Of a stretch of DNA of 64,000 nucleotides, positions 58,209-64,000 are shown in pieces. The number at the start of each line of letters is the position of its first letter. Within the stretch, counting starts at the first letter, position 1. The notes beneath the pieces were generated by a model. It was not told the origin of the DNA, ran no database searches, and worked only from the letters and a program-made list of their open reading frames with translations. The position numbers and the translations under genes are program-made. This stretch comes from Neoechinorhynchus agilis (lineage: Eukaryota; Animalia; Acanthocephala): contig CM121341.1 of NCBI GenBank assembly GCA_051530055.1, forward strand, positions 17,152,784-17,216,783, read 5' to 3'.

Positions 58209-58838
58209 ATGTCAAACGCTGATTCCGAACAAAATTCGAAAATCGATCCATTTGCGCCTACTTCCGCTCATCGATGCAACCGGTGCCATGTTGGGTTTGA
58301 CGAGTCTTATTGTCTAAAGCACTTTACTCACAAACTCTGTGATTCCTGCTTCTACAGTCGAGACAGATTCAACGAGACGGAATCGAAAGGAGAACTAATA
58401 AGTCAGACTCAAGCATACGAGGAATATTTACTTACAAAACGTCATCTCGAAGGATTAGTTCAATCAGTCGATGGAACGGATTCACGTTTTGAACCATTAG
58501 GAAATGTCATTCGCCGCAATCCACATAACCGGTTTTTTCCAAGCATGAAGCTGTATCTCAGGGAGCAGGTTCTTAAGCGTGCTTTAGAGGTTCATGGAAG
58601 TCTTGACGCGATCGAAGAGTTGAAGAAGAGAAAGATGGCTGTAGCACGAAAACGTGTTCAAAATAAGCATGAGAAAGCTCTGAAAAAGCTTCGGGTTAGT
58701 GTCCGATGGAATGAACGCCCAAAACCGGCTACACAAAGAGTCAGTGAACATGTTCATCGGTGGGATAAGGAAGTCCGTAATGCAGGTCATCGAACCTGTT
58801 TAGATTGCGGCGTCGAAGTCGTTTTAGAAGAGTTGTAA
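58209..58838 (+). CDS. XPA: DNA repair protein XPA
   Basis: C4 zinc finger CNRC…CDSC, EEYLL, NPH…MKLYL…V…ALEVHGS, H.H.W…TCLDCG…EEL. Confidence 0.92.
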   Translation: MSNADSEQNSKIDPFAPTSAHRCNRCHVGFDESYCLKHFTHKLCDSCFYSRDRFNETESKGELISQTQAYEEYLLTKRHLEGLVQSVDGTDSRFEPLGNVIRRNPHNRFFPSMKLYLREQVLKRALEVHGSLDAIEELKKRKMAVARKRVQNKHEKALKKLRVSVRWNERPKPATQRVSEHVHRWDKEVRNAGHRTCLDCGVEVVLEEL

Positions 58839-59148
58839 GGATCCGTTTCGGTGTTGCGGACTGGTGTTATAGTTTTAGTGTCAGATACGAAGACGCAAAG
58901 CGTGGTTATTCGGTCGAGAACATTAGGCCATGGGAGTTTACAAGTTTAATAAATGAGCAAATCTTTTGGAAGGTAAACCTTTTCATTTTTCACATGTTCC
59001 AAATTTTAAGAAGAAATGGAACTGAAAAGAAGTGTAAAATTACATTTTAAAAATTTCAGCCACTTTTCTTTGTCGTTTTATAGCCTATATACAAATAGTC
59101 TATAAAACATTCTCGATTGATTCTAGATAAAACATCAGAATTTTCAAA

Positions 59149-60107
59149 ATGGCGTCGGATACAAATGACAAATATCCTTTATTTCCTTCCAGAATGTAAT
59201 TGTATTTTTATACAGAGCTTAAACAAATTTAATTGTATATGAAGGAATCAAATGCTGATGAGCTGTAAACTGAAAAGTGCTCAGACTGGTCAGCGTTTGC
59301 TGAAAAAGAAATCCGATGCGTTAAACTTTAAATTTCGAACTATTCTTCGTAAATTGGTTGAAGCCAAAATACAAATGGGTATCCAGATGAAAGAAATGGC
59401 TATAACTTACGCTGAAACCCGATTCGCGTGCGGTGAATTCAGTCAACAGGTAGTTCAAATAGCCAGTGGAAGAGCGCAGACCAGGTTGCGGATGAGAAGG
59501 GAGAATATCGCTGGAGTTATTTTACCGACATTCAAAGTATACGCTGAAGGATCTGATGGTTTGTTTTATGAAAACCAATTACAATAATAACACTGATTAA
59601 CGCATTCAGAATTCGAATTGGCTGGTTTGGCACGCGGAGGGCAACAAATGCAGAAGTTGCGTAAAAAATCTTCTGAGCTCATTGGGAATCTTGTTGAGCT
59701 CGCTTCGCTCCAAACGAACTTCTTAATGCTAGATGAGATTATTAAAGTGGTCAATAGACGAGTTAATGCACTCGAACATGGTCGGCGAATTGCATTTGAT
59801 TGAAAATGTTTTGCTGATTGTACACATTTAGTGATTATTCCAAAGACGAACTTGACTTTGACTTATATAGTTGCTGAATTAGAGGAACAAGATAGGGAAG
59901 AGTTCTACAGGTTTGATCGGGCTTTTTTGTATGTAAGAATTTTTACGTTTTTTGAAAAGACTAAAAAAGGTTCAACAGAAAAAGAAGGCGAGAGAACAGA
60001 AGCAATCTGAAGAACGAATAACAAATCAAGATTCATCGATCGATAAACAAATCGTCGACAAGAACATTCTTGTTGATAGCGAGGATGAGGATATTTTGTT
60101 TCGATAA
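59149..60107 (+). CDS. ATP6V1D: V-type proton ATPase subunit D, multi-exon
   Basis: FPSRM/NQ…[17 protein letters not shown]…ENIAGV…GLARGGQQ…ELASLQT…RRVNALEH…[17 protein letters not shown]. Confidence 0.95.
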
Positions 60108-60695
60108 AGTTATAAAAATCTCTTGTTTGAGATTTAAAACTTTAAAATCGCGTCATTAATCTCGTTTTGTATCAAAAAATCCGCTTATTTGCAAAACTTT
60201 TTCGAGCATAAACTCATCGCTGAGCCACGTTTTCTTATTGTTAACATTTGAACTATGTTGATTTATGAAGACTTGAAATTATTCGCTTTATATGGGAAGA
60301 AGAGCAATTATAAAGCCTTGTATTACCTAAAGAACCAACTACTAAGTGTTCAAAAATAAATACAAAAAGACCGCTAGCTATGCATATAACGGTAGCTGAC
60401 TGTTAAAACCTAAAAGCTTTCCAATATCGATGATTTTCCAAGATGATTAAGTGAATATTAAATGTTTTTTATACACGGCATCACTAACTTCAGACTGCAT
60501 TTTGTTTCTCAAACGATTTGTATCAAAATGGCAAGATATTCTCGGCAGCAATGTTCTGACATAAACTGAAAGCAGTCGGATGCTGCACTAGCAGTGAAGT
60601 CGAACAGTGTTTAAAAACAATTTGTCCCTTTGATATTACGTAGCAATTGATTATATTGAATTTAATGATATATGAACTCGCTCAGGAATATAAGA

Positions 60696-62202
60696 CTAAT
60701 AATCCGCAAACATCTCTTCTAGATCTGTTTCACCCTTGGCTCTTTGGATCGCATCTTGATAATCCGCAATATCTGCTTGACCCTCCGATCGTGATTTAAT
60801 GAGATTATAGCATACCTCAGATCCCACGTTGGCTGCATATATAAGAGCTGTGTTTCCTGCACTGTCGACAGCCGATGTATTAGCTCCTTTGGATAGCAGC
60901 ACATCAACTAGGATTTCATTACCGTTCATCACTGCATTCATTAAGGGAGTTCGCTCATGTGAATTAGTCGCGTCGATTTCAGCGCCTTTGCTCAACAAAG
61001 TGTCTACAATCTTCTCAGTGTTCTCCTTGCTGGAGCAGTTTGTATGATTGGGAAATATCAAAAATTGGCACTTTTTAATGAATTTTGATTACAAGTATAT
61101 CTAGAAATTATTTAAATTGTAGAGGTTGGGAAACCTTTGGCTAATTGTGGATATTACACATGGAATTAGTCAGGACGAAATATGGGAAATAAGTGTTTAA
61201 AAAAGCGCATAAGAAGGTCACTACGTTCCTTCTTTTTTTAATTCAGAGTTAAGTATTGAAGTAGTCAAAAGCAAATACACAACATCGATGAAACTGGCGT
61301 AGGTGAAGTATAAACATCGCATCAATAAAAGCTGGGCAACCTCATGGTAGCAAGAACGTCTGCTAGTGTTTTTGGAACTATTTTCATGGGCAAATCGAGT
61401 TGATGAATAATTGTGGATATAACAAACCTCCATTTTGGTTTGTTAGTTGCAAGCTCTGACTGCAAAAATGCTATTATATCCTATACACTAAACTGATGAT
61501 AATTCAAAAAGTCTTGGCATTGACGTTGATATTTCTCAATATCGCTGTAAGCCAATGTAACACATTACTCCCGTCTCCGCTGTAGGCATCTACATCAGCT
61601 CCATATTTGATCAAAAGCATAATTATATCTGGATTCCCAACTGCTGCTGCCCACAACAACGGAGTATGCAAGGATTCCGGGCATCTATGGTTCACGTCCG
61701 CATTTCCTTTTTCGATGAGCATTCTTACAATATTTAAATTATTGTTTTTGATTGCCTCAACTAAAGCTGTAACAGCCTCACCATACGAATCACCTGAAGC
61801 AGTCTTCTCGAGTTTAATATAACTCACATTGGCATTAGCATCATTGTCAATCAAATACTCTACGATTTCCTCCATTTTCGGATCCTCTTCGGACATGCTA
61901 GCAGCAAACGCCAGTGCGCCGATCTGTGAGCAATAGTTCACGCAATTCAAATTCGAATTCAGTTTGACCAGCTCGTGAACGCAAGGAATAGAACCGATCT
62001 TGATTGCATATCCTAACGGATAATCACCTTTCCCATTGATCTCTGTCTCTAATATTTTCGGGTTTTTTTGTACAAGTCTACTGATTTCCGAAACATTTCC
62101 CACATCAATCGCATTTCTCATCTTAGGTGCCATCTTTGCAAATGCCATTGATATCTGATCCTTTATGTTAATAAAGAACTCCTTAATTGGATTAGAGTTC
62201 AT
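60696..62202 (-). CDS. Ankyrin-repeat protein, multi-exon
   Basis: Repeated TPL..A / G…V..LL..GA.V motifs in 61504-62202 and 60696-61061. Confidence 0.85.
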
Positions 62203-62810
62203 TGTAATCGCCGGCTAGAGAAACACAGCTTCGTTTATTACTTCGTTCCTTAAGAGATATAGTTCTCACATTCGGTGGGTGATTCAGATGACGGTTAAAC
62301 TACGTTTAAGTGAACCAGGAGTTGCGAAATGGTGAGTCACTTTGACAACACGTCTTCATTTGGTCCAAGGATGCGAGTTAATCTCTTATCGTCATCGATT
62401 GATTAAAAAACACAGGCAATCTATTTTGAATAAAGGGAGACTAACTGTTTATTCAAATAGCATGATCCTGTATCGAATTGGTGCCATCAACAAAAAAATG
62501 TTGTGCGTTATGTAGCAGTCATGCAAACATGAGAATCCTAAGAGCTATTTGGCGAGTGCAACTCGATAATGATCAGAGAGTTTTAGAAGCTCAGTTGTTG
62601 AATCGAAGATATCTTTGCCCAGATGAACATACTACTTTTGATTTATTTCGGAGGAAAATGCTAGGATTAAAAGGGAACATAAATACCGTCTACTAAAATG
62701 TGATCGCTAGGACATCGAACACTTTCAGAAACCATCGGGAGAAAATCCTTCGCTATGATATGGCTGCAGTCGTCACCACAACTACAACTTTCAGGAACAT
62801 TATCCGATAT

Positions 62811-63007
62811 TGTACGTTGGCGAATCCTGTCCCCGGTGTTGTCGTTACTCATTTATTTATTTGAGAAATATTTCGCAAGGTTTTCCTTGCCTCTTCAGTC
62901 GCTATTGTTTGCAAGTGTTTACGACGTTAAATAATTGAGTAACGACAACACCGGGGACAGGATTCGCCAACGTACAATCAAATTCACTCAGAGGACAATG
63001 ATATATG
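62811..63007 (-). mobile_element. Fold-back PLE-type insertion with a central hammerhead, 41-bp arms and a 14-bp TSD
   Basis: Arms 62811-62851 and 62936-62976. TSD ACATTATCCGATAT at 62797-62810 and 63008-63021. Minus-strand CUGAAGA-G-GCAAGG(AAAA)CCUUGC-GAAA-UAU-U. Confidence 0.85.
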
Positions 63008-63099
63008 ACATTATCCGATATATTTGGATCCAATTTCGTTACTCAGAATTAACGGGGAACTGAACCTCTTTTGTTTGTTTCACGAATAACTTTTAGTTT

Positions 63100-64000
63100 T
63101 GTGCAATGAGTCTAGTTTAGAAGTAGATGATGATTCCGGTTCTACGTGAATGCAAACAAACCGTGCTCCAGGGTAGATGTCTAGAACATTTAAAACCAAT
63201 ATTTGTAGCTTTTCAAGGTAACCGCGAAAGCCTCGGGTATTCCTATTTCATGAGTAGCTATGAATGGATCTGACGATATTATCGACCTTCCCGAATAGTC
63301 CACTCGCTTCCCCATTATGTTTTTCCCGATAAGACCTTCTTTTCTCTCCAAAAGACCACGAAGTCCCTTGTATGTATTAGCATTTCTTGTGATGGCGTAT
63401 CGAATATCGTAAAGTTGATCAAATCTACAGACGATATCTTAATGATGAAGAGTATTTTCTGAATGATGTATTGGTCTCAAATGCTAGCCTATTCAAAAAA
63501 GACTGAAATGTTAGATGGTGGTAATTTGAAGGCATTTTCTATAAATAAACGACGGGTACTTGAGAGACCCCGTCAAGATTTGTCTATTTATTGCTTAGAA
63601 TCCAGATCGGTCTATATAGATTATATATTTAAGTAAGGTATTTAATCCAAAAGATGGAAATGCCAACAAGAACGTCTTGATTATATACATCTTGACGTTA
63701 CAATATACGGGAATTTTCACTGATTGATGGATCGGTTGATCTAGGACAAACCAACAGCGTCTTATTCTTAATCGTAATTTTGATCCGCGAGCTTTGCATT
63801 TTATAAGAAGCATTTTAGAATATTTTAAGCGTTTTTTTCTGAAATCTTGAAAGACAAATAGTGTCTGTTTGGATATTCAGAATAATTTTTGACTCACGTT
63901 CTTGTGTTTATCTTCAAGAATAGTTCTTTAATTTCGTAATTGTGCAAACAAAGCTTTAACATGGTTCCGTTTTTCGAACAAGCTTCTACTTTTACGACGG
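63100..64000 (-). pseudogene. Decayed copy of the RNA polymerase I largest subunit (RPA1/POLR1A-like), running off the window
   Basis: LLERKEGLIGKNIMGKRVDYSGRSIISSDPFIATHEIGIPEAFAVTL, upstream SIFWIKYL/NLYRPI and downstream DIYPGA, with several stops and frameshifts. Confidence 0.75.

Noticed and set aside
63240-63360. Bacterial rpoC horizontal transfer (GKRVDYSGRS)
   Set aside because: The flanking KEGL, SDP and HEIGIPEAFA motifs and intron-like breaks fit eukaryotic RPA1.

Overview
This window is eukaryotic DNA from an AT-rich, compact metazoan genome, with many 35-60 nt GT-AG introns and several intronless genes. The organism is inferred to be an invertebrate from its FGF, Pax and Ly6 genes; the species is not identified. 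Host genes in order: soluble adenylyl cyclase (ADCY10-like), tRNA-Met, a Ly6/quiver-like protein, a candidate neuropeptide precursor, an alpha-1,3-fucosyltransferase, WBP4 with a HIG1-domain gene nested antisense inside it, NTPCR, NAA40, an EF-hand protein, an unusual Pax gene (PAI subdomain plus homeodomain, no RED subdomain), LanC-like, POLR3G/RPC7, an FGF, LSM2, XPA, V-ATPase D, an ankyrin protein and a decayed RNA polymerase I largest-subunit copy. The intergenic space holds fragments of CRE-type (RLE) and L2-like LINEs, a Penelope RT relic, a Gypsy RT relic, a pogo-like MITE and a ~103-bp satellite. Three structures stand out. (1) Four unrelated ~200-270 bp fold-back insertions each carry a minimal type I hammerhead ribozyme motif; three have 12-14 bp target-site duplications and a one-sided tail, matching Penelope-like pseudo-LTR insertions. 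(2) A 167-aa secreted-protein gene wrapped in retroelement debris is amplified as a ~2.6-kb tandem array that starts inside a truncated tRNA-Arg, with a further copy ~15 kb away. (3) Splice acceptors directly precede several start codons and one gene pair is operon-like, suggesting spliced-leader trans-splicing. All calls come from manual reading; no searches or folding programs were run.
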